This document shows positions 1-10,042 of a stretch of DNA of 55,134 bases, piece by piece (within the stretch, counting starts at the first letter, position 1; each line of letters begins with the position of its first letter). Source of the stretch: Chrysochromulina tobinii (Eukaryota); NCBI GenBank assembly GCA_001275005.1, contig JWZX01003349.1, forward strand, positions 1-55,134, given 5' to 3'. The translations under genes were made by a program, and so were the position numbers. The notes beneath the pieces were generated by a model. That model was not told the origin of the DNA. It made no database searches and saw only the letters and a program-made list of their open reading frames with translations.

Positions 1-178
1 TTCGGGCTCTCTAGAACTCGCTTTTGCGAAAAAAGGGGCTGGAAGCGAGTTCTAGACTCGACTTCTAGAATGCAAAGTCGAGCCTAACCGCTAAGTCGCG
101 ACGTCGGCGACCGCTTCCGAAAACATTTGTTTCGCATCTCTCTCATCAACCACATAAAGCGGTCTCATCAGCGGACTC

Positions 179-1999
179 ATGCGACGAGCGCTCGCCACCG
201 CCACACCGCGCGTTGCGCGCGCGGCGCTGGGCCGCCGGGCCGCGAGCGCTGTGACGACGCATTACAAGAAGCTCGACCGCTCAACTGACGAGCGATGGGC
301 CGGGGTAGACATGGAGCGCTTCGCTGATGAGACCGACATTCTGATCGTTGGCGGCGGCCCATCGGGCCTCTGCGCAGCCATCCGCCTGAAGCAGCTGTGC
401 AACGAGGCGGGTGTTGACTACCGAGTGACGGTCATCGAGAAAGCCTCGATGGTCGGCGCTCACACGCTCTCCGGCGCGGTGCTGGAGCCGCGCGCGCTTG
501 AGGAGCTCTTCCCCGACTGGAAGGAGCGCGGAGCGCCGCTGCACACTCCGGTGAAGGTGGACCGGCTGGGCTTCCTGACAGAGACGGGCCGCGTGCCGCT
601 GCCCATCCTGCCGAACACACCGGCCGACAATCACGGCAACTACATCGTGCGGCTGGGCGAGGTGGTGAGCTGGCTGGGCGAGCAGGCGGAGGAGCTCGGC
701 GTCGAGGTGTTCTCGGGACAAGGCGCGGTCGAGGTTCTCTACCACGAGGACGGGAGCACGGTCAAGGGCGTTGCGACCAACGACGTCGGCGTCGCAAAGG
801 ACGGCTCGCCCAAGGACTCCTTCCAGCGCGGCATGGAGCTGCATGCGAAGCTCACACTCTTCGGCGAGGGCTGCCGAGGCTCGCTGACCAAGGAGCTCTT
901 CGAGAAGCTTGGTCTGCAGGATGCATGCGAGCAGCAGACGTACGGCATCGGGCTCAAGGAGCTCTGGCGGATTGACCCGGCCAAGCACAAGCCGGGCACC
1001 GTCGAGCACACCGCTGGCTGGCCGATGGACAACAGCACATGGGGCGGCTCATTCCTCTATCACTTGAACGTCGAAGGCGACACGCTCGTCTCGACCGGAT
1101 ACGTGGTGGGCCTCGACTACGAAAACCCGTACCTCAACCCGTTCAAGGAGTTCCAGCGCTGGAAGACGCACCCGAGCGTGCGCCCCACGTTCGAGGGCGG
1201 CGAGCGCCTCGCGTACGGCGCGCGCGCGCTCAACGAGGGCGGTCTGCAGTGCATCCCGCAGCTGAGCTTCCCGGGTGGCGCTCTGATCGGGTGCGCGGCG
1301 GGCTTCCTCAACGTACCCAAGATCAAGGGGACGCACACCGCGATGAAGTCGGGCATGCTCGCCGCCGAGGCCGCCTTCGCCGAGCTGCAGCGCCTGGACG
1401 ACGACGCCAAGGCGGCCTCGCCGCCCACGCCGCTCAGCGTGCCCTCGTATGAGGAGGCGCTCAAATCGAGCTGGGTATGGGACGAGCTGAAGAGTGTGCG
1501 CAACGTGCGCCCGATGGCGCACACGGCGCTGGGCATGTGGGGGGTCTTCCTGTACACGGGTGTCGTCCACTACCTGCTCGGGGGGCGCGAACCGTTCACA
1601 CTCTCGCACGGCGCGCCGGACCACGCGCGGCTCAAGCCTGCAGCTCAGTGCAAGCCCATCGAGTACCCGAAGCCAGACGGCGTTGTCTCTTTCGATCTTC
1701 TCTCATCCGTGGCGCTCACGGGCACGAACCACGAGGGCGACCAGCCTGCCCACCTCACGCTCAAGAACGACGCGGTGCCGCTCGAGCGCAACTTTGCGAT
1801 CTTCGACGGGCCCGAGCAGCGCTTCTGCCCGGCGGGTGTGTACGAGTACCACATCGACGAGGCGACCAAGAAGCCCAAGCTGCAGATCAACGCGCAGAAC
1901 TGCATCCACTGCAAGACCTGCGACATCAAGTGCCCCTCGCAGAATATCGACTGGGTCGTGCCGGAGGGTGGCGGCGGCCCCGCGTATGCCGGTATGTGA
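179..1999 (+). CDS. ETFDH: Electron transfer flavoprotein-ubiquinone oxidoreductase, mitochondrial
   Basis: Arg/Ala-rich presequence, FAD motif [36 protein letters not shown], and C-terminal 4Fe-4S motif RFCPAGVYE...[13 protein letters not shown]. Confidence 0.98.
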   Translation: MRRALATATPRVARAALGRRAASAVTTHYKKLDRSTDERWAGVDMERFADETDILIVGGGPSGLCAAIRLKQLCNEAGVDYRVTVIEKASMVGAHTLSGAVLEPRALEELFPDWKERGAPLHTPVKVDRLGFLTETGRVPLPILPNTPADNHGNYIVRLGEVVSWLGEQAEELGVEVFSGQGAVEVLYHEDGSTVKGVATNDVGVAKDGSPKDSFQRGMELHAKLTLFGEGCRGSLTKELFEKLGLQDACEQQTYGIGLKELWRIDPAKHKPGTVEHTAGWPMDNSTWGGSFLYHLNVEGDTLVSTGYVVGLDYENPYLNPFKEFQRWKTHPSVRPTFEGGERLAYGARALNEGGLQCIPQLSFPGGALIGCAAGFLNVPKIKGTHTAMKSGMLAAEAAFAELQRLDDDAKAASPPTPLSVPSYEEALKSSWVWDELKSVRNVRPMAHTALGMWGVFLYTGVVHYLLGGREPFTLSHGAPDHARLKPAAQCKPIEYPKPDGVVSFDLLSSVALTGTNHEGDQPAHLTLKNDAVPLERNFAIFDGPEQRFCPAGVYEYHIDEATKKPKLQINAQNCIHCKTCDIKCPSQNIDWVVPEGGGGPAYAGM

Positions 2000-2345
2000 G
2001 TCGGAAGCGGCTCACTCTCGTGTGACCACGAACGAGCTTGTGTGGGTGCGTGTCAGGGCATAGGCAGAGCGCTGATGGCCTCTTGGGCTGATGGCGGTGC
2101 TCGGTCTTGGACAGTGAGAGCTGTGCCCGTCAGAGTGGGCAAGTCTGCATTGGTGTGCTACGTGTTTCGATATCGTCGATCGGATGTGGGCATACTGTGG
2201 GCAGAGTGGGGGTGCTGGTGGGGGCGGTGAATATATCATTGTGCGTCAGTGCGTGTCGGGATTCACACGCTGTCGCGGGCTCACATCACCCCCTCTCCCC
2301 CTCGCGCCTCGACGAGGAAAGTTCCGAGGCGCGATTGCCAGCAGC

Positions 2346-3677
2346 ATGTGGGGCCTGTTGAAGGCCGCTCGCCCAAGGCAGCTCGCCGTGGCCGCAACAG
2401 GCGCGGTGAGCGCGGCGCTGCTGTATCGATGCGAACAGGAGACCAAGTGTGGCACGCTCTGTGAATCGAGCCGACCACTGTTGCAGCAGCATGAGTCAGC
2501 CACTCCACAGCTTTTTTGCTGGGGCCGGCTCTCCCCGGCGAGCAGCCCGGACAGCGCTGTGCGCATCCGCGAAAAAGAGCCGCTGGACGTCTCATTTTGG
2601 GCCAAACAAGGCCTGCAAGTTGCGCAGATGAGCTACGGAGTCTCGCATGGCGCCGCATTGGATGACCGCGGTGGGCTTTGGGCATGGGGCGCCGAGACGG
2701 GCCCGCTACCGGTGCGGGTGCCGTGCCGTGCAAAAGTAAGCTCGCTGTCAAGCACGCAGCGCAATCTGTACGCTCTCACAAGCAGTGGGAGCGTCCTCGA
2801 GTGGCGCGACTTCGACAAGCAGCTGGCAGAGGCCTCAGCCTCGAAGCCGCTCGCAGAACCCAGGGCACTCGGAGGTGCCCTTGCACGCACATCGGCGAGC
2901 TCGGTGGCTAGTGGCGCCGATCACATCATCGTCGTGACGCGCAGCGGCGAGCTGGTCGCGATGGGTGACAACTCACACGGGCAGCTTGGCCTGGGCAAGG
3001 AGCCCGTTGAGATGCCCCGCTGCGACGAGCCGACGCTGATTCCCGCCAAGCTTCCTGCAAAGGCGAAGCGCGCCGCGTGTGGAGCCGCGCATAGCGTCGT
3101 CGTGCTCGAGGATGGCAGCTGCATGAGCTTCGGCGATGATCGCAACCTACAGCTCGGGCTGCGGCCAATGACCATCAAGGAGATGAAGAGTAAGATCACG
3201 CGCCGCAGCACACCGCAGCCCGTGGAGCTGTTGCGAAAGCGGCGCGTGGTGGACGTGGCGTGCGGCGGCGGCGGCGTCGAAGGCGGGCACACAATCTTTC
3301 TCACGCGGGATGATGAGGGTGACGAGCTCTACGGGTGCGGCTATGGCCGGTGGGGTGCGCTGGGAGGCAAGGCGTACACGCACATCGACGAGCCCAAGGC
3401 AATCTCGACTCTGAGCAAGCTTCGTCAATGGGACGAAACGCAAAAGCGCGTGGTGAACATTCGCGTCCAGGCGCTCGCGTGTGGCGAACGGCACACGGCC
3501 GTGCTCCTCGCGAGCGGCAACGCTTTTGTTTGGGGTTGGAATGACCACGGGCAGCTCGGCACGGGCAGCTTGGCGGGCACACACACGCCCCAGCTCGTCA
3601 AGTCGCCCCCCGAGCTGCGCTTCGCCATTCTCAAGGGCCTCGCGTGTGGTCCGAATAGCACTGCCGTGTGGTCGTGA
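2346..3677 (+). CDS. RCC1-repeat beta-propeller protein, possibly mitochondrial RCC1L-like
   Basis: Repeats of type ACGxxH...WGWNDHGQLG and GDNSHGQLGLG; first ATG at 2346 (MWGLLKAARPR) reads like a mitochondrial presequence. Confidence 0.85.
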   Translation: MWGLLKAARPRQLAVAATGAVSAALLYRCEQETKCGTLCESSRPLLQQHESATPQLFCWGRLSPASSPDSAVRIREKEPLDVSFWAKQGLQVAQMSYGVSHGAALDDRGGLWAWGAETGPLPVRVPCRAKVSSLSSTQRNLYALTSSGSVLEWRDFDKQLAEASASKPLAEPRALGGALARTSASSVASGADHIIVVTRSGELVAMGDNSHGQLGLGKEPVEMPRCDEPTLIPAKLPAKAKRAACGAAHSVVVLEDGSCMSFGDDRNLQLGLRPMTIKEMKSKITRRSTPQPVELLRKRRVVDVACGGGGVEGGHTIFLTRDDEGDELYGCGYGRWGALGGKAYTHIDEPKAISTLSKLRQWDETQKRVVNIRVQALACGERHTAVLLASGNAFVWGWNDHGQLGTGSLAGTHTPQLVKSPPELRFAILKGLACGPNSTAVWS

Positions 3678-3958
3678 GCAGAGCGTGGGTGCTGCCAATA
3701 AGGACATCTGACGCGACGGTGCAGAGTGGGTGAGAGGATGCAGCTTGTGCCAAACTGCCAATAAGCTGACTAAGAATGAGAGAGGACGCAGAGTGAGTGT
3801 GTGAGGCACGCACGCAGTTGTGTGGCTGCTGTGGACGCACCCGATCCCTCTAGTCACACTACACTGCTTCCGTGCCGGGGTGGGTTGGGAAGGTCGCGGG
3901 TTGGGGGCTTCACAAAAGATCCTTCACACGTTCGGAAGGCGACGTCGACGGAGCGACA

Positions 3959-4363
3959 ATGGAGTTTGCGCCGATCAAGCTATTGCCCGGCAAACCGGCG
4001 CACAAGCTATTCGTGCCGCCGGGCGAGGTGTTCGTGATGAAGCAGATTGCGCTGGCAGCGCCCAGCTACCAAGGGCACCACCGCCGTTGTCTCCATCAAG
4101 ACCGAGAATTACCCTGAGCTCGTCTTGTGCACACTGCGTGCTGACACGCCGCAAGTTCACTGTGAGATCGCCGTGAACGACCTCGAAGAGGCGCAGCTCA
4201 CAGTGCGCGGGGCCGCCGTCGACATCTGCGGCCAGTTCGTCGTCAACGAAGACATGGGTGACGAGGAGATTGATGAAGACGAAGGAGAGGATGACGATGA
4301 GGAGGATGACGACGAGACGCGAGCGCGCATGGTTGCAGCGCGAAAGGGCGTCCGCCAGATGGA

Positions 4364-4401
<38 letters not shown>

Positions 4402-5021
4402 AGGAGGAGGAGGAGGAGGAGGGGGAGGAAGAGGAGGAAGAGGAGGACGAGGACGAGGACGAGGACGACGAGCCGATGCAGCCGCCGATGAAGAAGGCAA
4501 AGCTCATGCCTGCGCCAGCGCTCGCTCCTTTGAAAGCGAAGCCCACTCCTACGCTGGCGCCCGCACCGGCAAAGGCGAGGCCTGCGCCTGCCCCGGTGCG
4601 CGCACCGGTAACTGCTGCAAAGGACGATGAGGACGACGACGACGACGACGACGACGAGGAGGGCGAGGAGGAGGGCGAGGAGGAGGATGAAGACGACGAA
4701 GATGGCCCAATGGGGAAATTCGGTTTCGACGACGACGACGATGGCGAGGATGACGACGACGACGACGACGACGAGCCTGCCGCGCGTGGCGGGCGCGGTG
4801 GCGCAGGTGGCAAGGGAGGGATGGGCAGGGCCGGCGGCGGCGGCGGCGGCAAGGGAGGAAAGGGCCGGGGCTACGGCGGCGATGGCGGCGGCAAAGGAAA
4901 GGGCGGCGGCAAGGGCAGCCCTGGCAAGGGCAGCCCTGGAAAAGGCAAGGGTGGCGGCAAGGGCAAAGGCGGCAAGGGCAAAGGCGGCAAGGGCAAAGGC
5001 GGCAAGGGCAAAGGTCGCTGA
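3959..5021 (+). CDS. Nucleoplasmin-like (NPL) domain protein with acidic tracts and a Gly/Lys-rich tail; one apparent +1 frameshift near 4061
   Basis: MEFAPIKLLPGK...VMKQIALAAP (ATG 3959) continues in another frame as ATKGTTAVVSIKT...LVLCTLRADTPQV...LTVRGAAVDICG. This resembles the NPL fold of FKBP39/HD-tuins and is followed by D/E tracts and GKG repeats. Confidence 0.75.
4361..4772 (+). repeat. GAG/GAC trinucleotide tracts encoding two poly-Asp/Glu runs
   Basis: Runs of gaggag and gacgac at about 4361-4470 and 4621-4772. Confidence 0.9.
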
Positions 5022-5609
5022 AATGCCGCAAAATTCATGTATGAGTGCGTGAGAAGACATCGGCACACCCGAGCCGCCTCGAAGCCTCTACCAGTTGCTA
5101 GCTGCCAGTTTACGTAGCAAGCCGGGGCTGGCGACTGCGTCAGATACCTTTTTGGCTATTGCCGCGCGGTGCCGGTGGCCCTGGACTGGCCCTCTCCGCT
5201 GTCGCCTTAGATGCGTTCGATTTCGTCCGGTCGTATCGTCCGCCCGTTCCCTTCGCCTTCCGGTCGGGTCACGCGTTTTGTATTTGGACATTGTGTATAG
5301 GTTGGGTGTGCCCCCGGGGGTGAGTGTGCATATAATGTGCATACCGGCGTGTTATACACGTGTGCCTAGTTTGTGTATGTATTGCACCGAACACCCCGCG
5401 CGGTGCTCACGCCGGGCCACCGGGCGCCGGCAGGCGCGCGCGCGAAGGCACTTGAAGGGGCGGCCCGGGCCGCGCGGGGGTCGGGGGGTGGGCCATCCCC
5501 ACCAACCACACGTAACCAGCAGTAAAAGCAACACGCGCGTCCAATCCTACATTCTTGCGCACTATGATGGTCCTGCGCGCATGCCTCGAGCGTTGGCTCT
5601 GCTGGTGCC

Positions 5610-6383
5610 TCAGAGTGCACGGAGGCCAAGGTTCTTGCTGTGAAGCTCTAGGATCTTGTCGACGAGCGCGGCAACTGGAAGGCGCTCGAGCTCACTACGC
5701 TCAAGGCGCGTCTCGTTAGTCAGGTGCGCCTTCGCGAAGCTCTGCGCATCCGAGTTCTCGTCGGCTGGAACGCTCGATGCAGTCGGCGTTACGACAGTGC
5801 GTATCGGCCCAGCATACAGAAGAGACGCGGGTGGCGACGGCGCCGCCGATGGCACATCAGCAACCATCTCTGCATCTGAGCCACGGTTGGAACGCTCAGA
5901 TTGGGGACGCCACAGTCCGTTGCGCTCTTCGGGGGCGCTCGAAACGTAGTTTGGACCGATGCCACACTCCTTGTTGGCAAACCCGCCGCATCGACGCAGG
6001 TTCGGGCACCATCCATAGCCTGCGGTTGTGCAAGCTTCGCAAGTGCGGTAGCGTGCGAATTCTGCGCGCATGTCGCCTCCGGCCGCAGTTGGCGGCTTCG
6101 ACGGCTTCGGCGGCTTGGGAGGCTTCGGCGCTGGGCTCTCCTTGCGCATCTTCTCTGGTCCAACACCGCCCGAAAAGTAGTTGGCGCCGACAGCACACTC
6201 CTTATTGGCGAAGCCACCGCATCTCCGCTGCATCGGACACCATCCATAGCCCGCACCTATGCATTCGTGGCACGAGGTGAGCTTGGCAAATATCTTCGAC
6301 ATGTCGGTCCCTGGCTGCTCGAACGGCGAGTCCGAGCCGAAGAAGGCGACGAAGAGTGGCATGTAGGGCAGCGATGGCATCAT
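5610..6383 (-). CDS. Probable secreted protein with two PSI (plexin-like) Cys-rich repeats
   Basis: Hydrophobic N-terminus MMPSLPYMPLFVAFFG; two copies of CxxCxxAGYGWCPxxRRCGGFANKECxxGxNY separated by a Pro/Lys linker. Confidence 0.75.
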   Translation of the reverse strand: MMPSLPYMPLFVAFFGSDSPFEQPGTDMSKIFAKLTSCHECIGAGYGWCPMQRRCGGFANKECAVGANYFSGGVGPEKMRKESPAPKPPKPPKPSKPPTAAGGDMRAEFARYRTCEACTTAGYGWCPNLRRCGGFANKECGIGPNYVSSAPEERNGLWRPQSERSNRGSDAEMVADVPSAAPSPPASLLYAGPIRTVVTPTASSVPADENSDAQSFAKAHLTNETRLERSELERLPVAALVDKILELHSKNLGLRAL

Positions 6384-6524
6384 TGGACGAGTTGGCAAGT
6401 TGGGTGAGCGGGAAAAGGCGCGAAAACTCTTTGGGGGAAATGTTTCGAAACGGTGTTTCACTCGTCGTTGAGGCTCCGCGCAGATCGTTTTCTGTTTCTT
6501 CACAGGACAGTTTCTTCACACACC

Positions 6525-8804
6525 ATGTCCGGCACTTTCTCGCGCGCCGTCGCCGATCATGAGCGCGGCGCGGCAGCCGCCGCGATGCAAGGATATCGCA
6601 TGGCGATCCGTGAAGGTGGCGAGCAGGTCGCGGCGGCCTACTCTAATCTTGGAATGCTGCTCGGATCGGCTGGCAGGCATGCAGAGAGTGTGCATGCGAG
6701 CGCAGCAGCTGCAAGAGCTGCACCCCGTAATCCCACAGTACTCTACAACCTTGCGAATGCACGTATGGAAGCCGGTATGAGCGCAGAGGCGTCCTCCGGG
6801 TTCAAACGCGTTGTCCACCTAGCACGGCAGCATGCACCAGCATATCACAATTTGGCAATCCTGTCTCACCGCGCTGGTGACGCGGTCTCTGCCAGCGGGT
6901 ACTTCCGCGCTGCACTCGCATGCGGCGATGAGGCGCTGTCCGCAATAGGCGGCGCGGCGCAGGTGTACGCCAACATGGCCGCGGTGGGCTTGCTCGAAGG
7001 TTCTGACGCCATGGAGGCGCTGGCAGCGCATCGTCAGGCAACAGCACGGGCGCCAGGCGATGCGGCAGCGCACGTGCGGCTGGCCGAGCGTTTGCTCGAC
7101 CCACCGGTTACCGGCGCGCGCGCGGCCGAGGCCGAAGCGGCACTCGTGCGGGCCTTGCACCTAAAACCCGATGACGCGCACGCGCTGAATCTGCTCGGGA
7201 CGCTGCTGCAATCGTTGCCTGGTCGGTGGGCGGAGGCGAGGACCGCGTATCGTGCGGCCATTGCGGCGCGGCCGAGCCATGGCGACGCATACCACAACCT
7301 GGGCACCGTTGAGCAGCGGCTGGGGCGGCTCGACGAGGCGCGTGCCATGTATGGAGGGGCCTTGGCACTTGCGCCGCGCGTGGCCAACGTGTACATCTCC
7401 TTGGCCTCGCTCGCAACGCGGGCGGAGAGCCTCCCGTTGCTACGGCAGGCGATCGCACTGCAACCAACGGATCCGGAAGGCTACCTACGCCTCTCTGCGG
7501 CCCTAGCGCCCACGCCGCTCGGAGCATCTGCGCCACCGCCAGAGGCGGACGTGCTCGAGGCGATTGCGGTCCTCATTAGCGCGGCCACATTCTCTCCGTC
7601 CGATGCGCGTATATATGAGCAGCGGGGCAAGCTTCGGCTGTCACTCGCCGCTTCGTGGGCGCAGCAGGCAGCGGCGGACCTCGCAGATGCGGCCAGCCTG
7701 CAGCCCGGCAGCGCTCAGGGGCACAGCACCGCATTCCTTGTCCACCGGCTCTTTCGCCGCCCGCGCCTCGCCGCCGATGCGCTTCAAGCCGCCTGGGCGG
7801 CTGTGCGGAGCCTCAACGACTCAGCGGCTGGCGCCGTCAAGGATGGGTCCGAGGACGGCGTCCTTGGTGGGCGAGACATCCGTGTCAATTGGGCAAATGC
7901 AAGTGTCACATTGGCGAGTCGTGGATATTGGGTTCTCGACGGTGCTCTCGGCAGCGCCTCGTCCGTCGCGCTCGAGCGTGACGTGACACAGAGGCTGCTG
8001 CCTCTCATGTCAGCGGGTCGCGTGGGCCCTGGGCTTGAGAGCACAGGCGTGCGCACCGACCGCCTGTGGCGCCATCGGCGCGACGAAACGAGCGTGCTCG
8101 ACCCGCAGGCAGCGCACATCAAGGCGCTCCACGCTCTCTTCGATCTGGTGCCACTTGGACTGAATGCGCTGCGGCCGCCTGGGACGGCAGCTCCCGTTCC
8201 GTCGACAGTAGCGGCAGCGGCGGAGGAGCAGCAGCAGGAGCAGCAGCAGGAGCAGTTCCAGCATTGCGTGGGCGATAGCAGCACTCGTCCTGGTAGCGGC
8301 AGTGGGTGCGTCGAGCACGGTGTCTCTAGGGCCGGGTCGCAGCTCGCTGGGTCAACGCGTGTGCCTGCCATGCTGCACGGGCCGTGGGCGCTCACCCGAG
8401 TGGAAGACTTGCAGTTTGCGTGCTATCTGCCGGGCGGCTTCTACAAGGCGCACAGCGACGCACAGGAAGTCCAGTCGCGCCGCTTGCTCACCGCTATCTA
8501 TTACCTCAATCGCGACTGGCGCGCCGCCGATGGCGGGCGGCTGCGACTGCATGACCGGCTGGGTGAGACGATCGATATCGACCCTGTGGCGGACCGAGTC
8601 GTCCTCTTCGACAGCCGGCTAGAACACGAGGTGCTGCCCGTTAACCGCCACTCCGCCACGCAAGCGAATCGCCGTGGAGGAAAGGCGAAGCCGAAAGGTC
8701 GTGAACCGCCGCCGCGGTGCGCCGTGACGCAATGGTTTCAAGATCTCGCGCCGCCACTACTCGAGTCGGCACAGGGTAGATCTTTCAGAGGAGTGCAACA
8801 ATAA
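6525..8804 (+). CDS. TPR-repeat protein fused to an EglN/PHD-type 2OG-Fe(II) dioxygenase (prolyl-hydroxylase-like)
   Basis: TPRs (AYSNLG, VLYNLAN, AYHNLG); YKAHSD (HxD), YYLNRDW...GGRLRL, HEVLPV, RCAVTQWF. Confidence 0.88.
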   Translation: MSGTFSRAVADHERGAAAAAMQGYRMAIREGGEQVAAAYSNLGMLLGSAGRHAESVHASAAAARAAPRNPTVLYNLANARMEAGMSAEASSGFKRVVHLARQHAPAYHNLAILSHRAGDAVSASGYFRAALACGDEALSAIGGAAQVYANMAAVGLLEGSDAMEALAAHRQATARAPGDAAAHVRLAERLLDPPVTGARAAEAEAALVRALHLKPDDAHALNLLGTLLQSLPGRWAEARTAYRAAIAARPSHGDAYHNLGTVEQRLGRLDEARAMYGGALALAPRVANVYISLASLATRAESLPLLRQAIALQPTDPEGYLRLSAALAPTPLGASAPPPEADVLEAIAVLISAATFSPSDARIYEQRGKLRLSLAASWAQQAAADLADAASLQPGSAQGHSTAFLVHRLFRRPRLAADALQAAWAAVRSLNDSAAGAVKDGSEDGVLGGRDIRVNWANASVTLASRGYWVLDGALGSASSVALERDVTQRLLPLMSAGRVGPGLESTGVRTDRLWRHRRDETSVLDPQAAHIKALHALFDLVPLGLNALRPPGTAAPVPSTVAAAAEEQQQEQQQEQFQHCVGDSSTRPGSGSGCVEHGVSRAGSQLAGSTRVPAMLHGPWALTRVEDLQFACYLPGGFYKAHSDAQEVQSRRLLTAIYYLNRDWRAADGGRLRLHDRLGETIDIDPVADRVVLFDSRLEHEVLPVNRHSATQANRRGGKAKPKGREPPPRCAVTQWFQDLAPPLLESAQGRSFRGVQQ

Positions 8805-8882
8805 TGATTTGTGATTTGAGCAAACTTTCGCTGTGAAGTGTGGAGTGTGAATTCATAATGAAGGCTCGAGGTTGTGTGCGAA

Positions 8883-9705
8883 ATGGTAAAGTGCGCTCAG
8901 CTCGTTATCGGGCCCGCTGGGAGCGGCAAGTCCACCTTCTGCGAGCTGATGCGCTCGCATTGCGAGGCGCTCAACCGGCGCATGCATGTGGTCAACCTCG
9001 ATCCGGCGGCAGAGCACTTTTCATACCCGGTCGCAGCGGATATTCGCGAGCTCATCTCGCTCGAGGATGTGATGGCAGAGATGAAGCTTGGCCCCGAATG
9101 GTGGACTCATCTACTGCATGGAGTACCTCGTCGACAATATTGATTGGCTCGAGGACGAGCTTGAGGAAATAGGCCCAGACGAGTACATCATCTTCGATTG
9201 TCCAGGCCAGATCGAGCTGTACTCGCACGTGCCTGCGATGGCGACCGTCATCGGCGCACTGCAGCGGCTCGGCTATCGCGTCTGCGCGAGCTACTTGCTT
9301 GACTCACAGTTTGTTGCCGATGTGGCGAAGTTCGTCTCCGGCGTGCTCTGCTGCCTGTCGGCGATGACAGCGCTCGAGCTGCCGCACGTCAATGTCCTCT
9401 CAAAGTGCGACCTGCTACCATCGCGCCACGCGCTCGATGAGTTCCTCGAGGCCGACGCAGCCGCACTTTCGGGCATGCTGCGCATGGGCACCGCGCCCTC
9501 ATTCTACCGGCTCAACGCGGCCATCTGTGAGCTCATCGACGAATGGAGCATGGTGCAGTTCCTTCCGCTTGACCCCAAGGACTCCGAGACGATCGACCTC
9601 ATCCTGCAGCAGATTGACAACGCGGTCCAATACCACGATGATGTCGAGCCCCGCGAGCCCAAGGCAGACGATGCAGATGATGACGGCGGCAGCGGTGAGT
9701 TGTAG
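8883..9705 (+). CDS. GPN3: GPN-loop GTPase 3; one apparent +1 frameshift at 9092-9095
   Basis: [18 protein letters not shown], (L)[38 protein letters not shown]; the two ORFs join if one C is removed from CCCC. Confidence 0.93.
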
Positions 9706-10042
9706 GCATTATCTGTTTGCGACGGCAGCCTGCGGGTGAGATCCCATCGAGATGCATCGGTAATATGTTATTAGGAAATTATATATAAATTAGAGACTCA
9801 GACTACGTAGAGAGAGCTCTGTGCCCTCTGTCATCTCTGTCCCTCGAACTGTGAACCTGCTTCGTAGAGAGTCGACGTCGAGATCTGTAGAGATCGAGAG
9901 ACGGTGACCGGAAGCGTTCAGAAAGACGACGGACCTCTCAAGGTTTTTTTACAACTTTGTGGGTCGAGTTTCGGAAATCGGAGATCGGATCACGTCGGAG
10001 GGATACGAACGGGAGGCGTCGGACGCCGCCTCTGTGCGCAGC

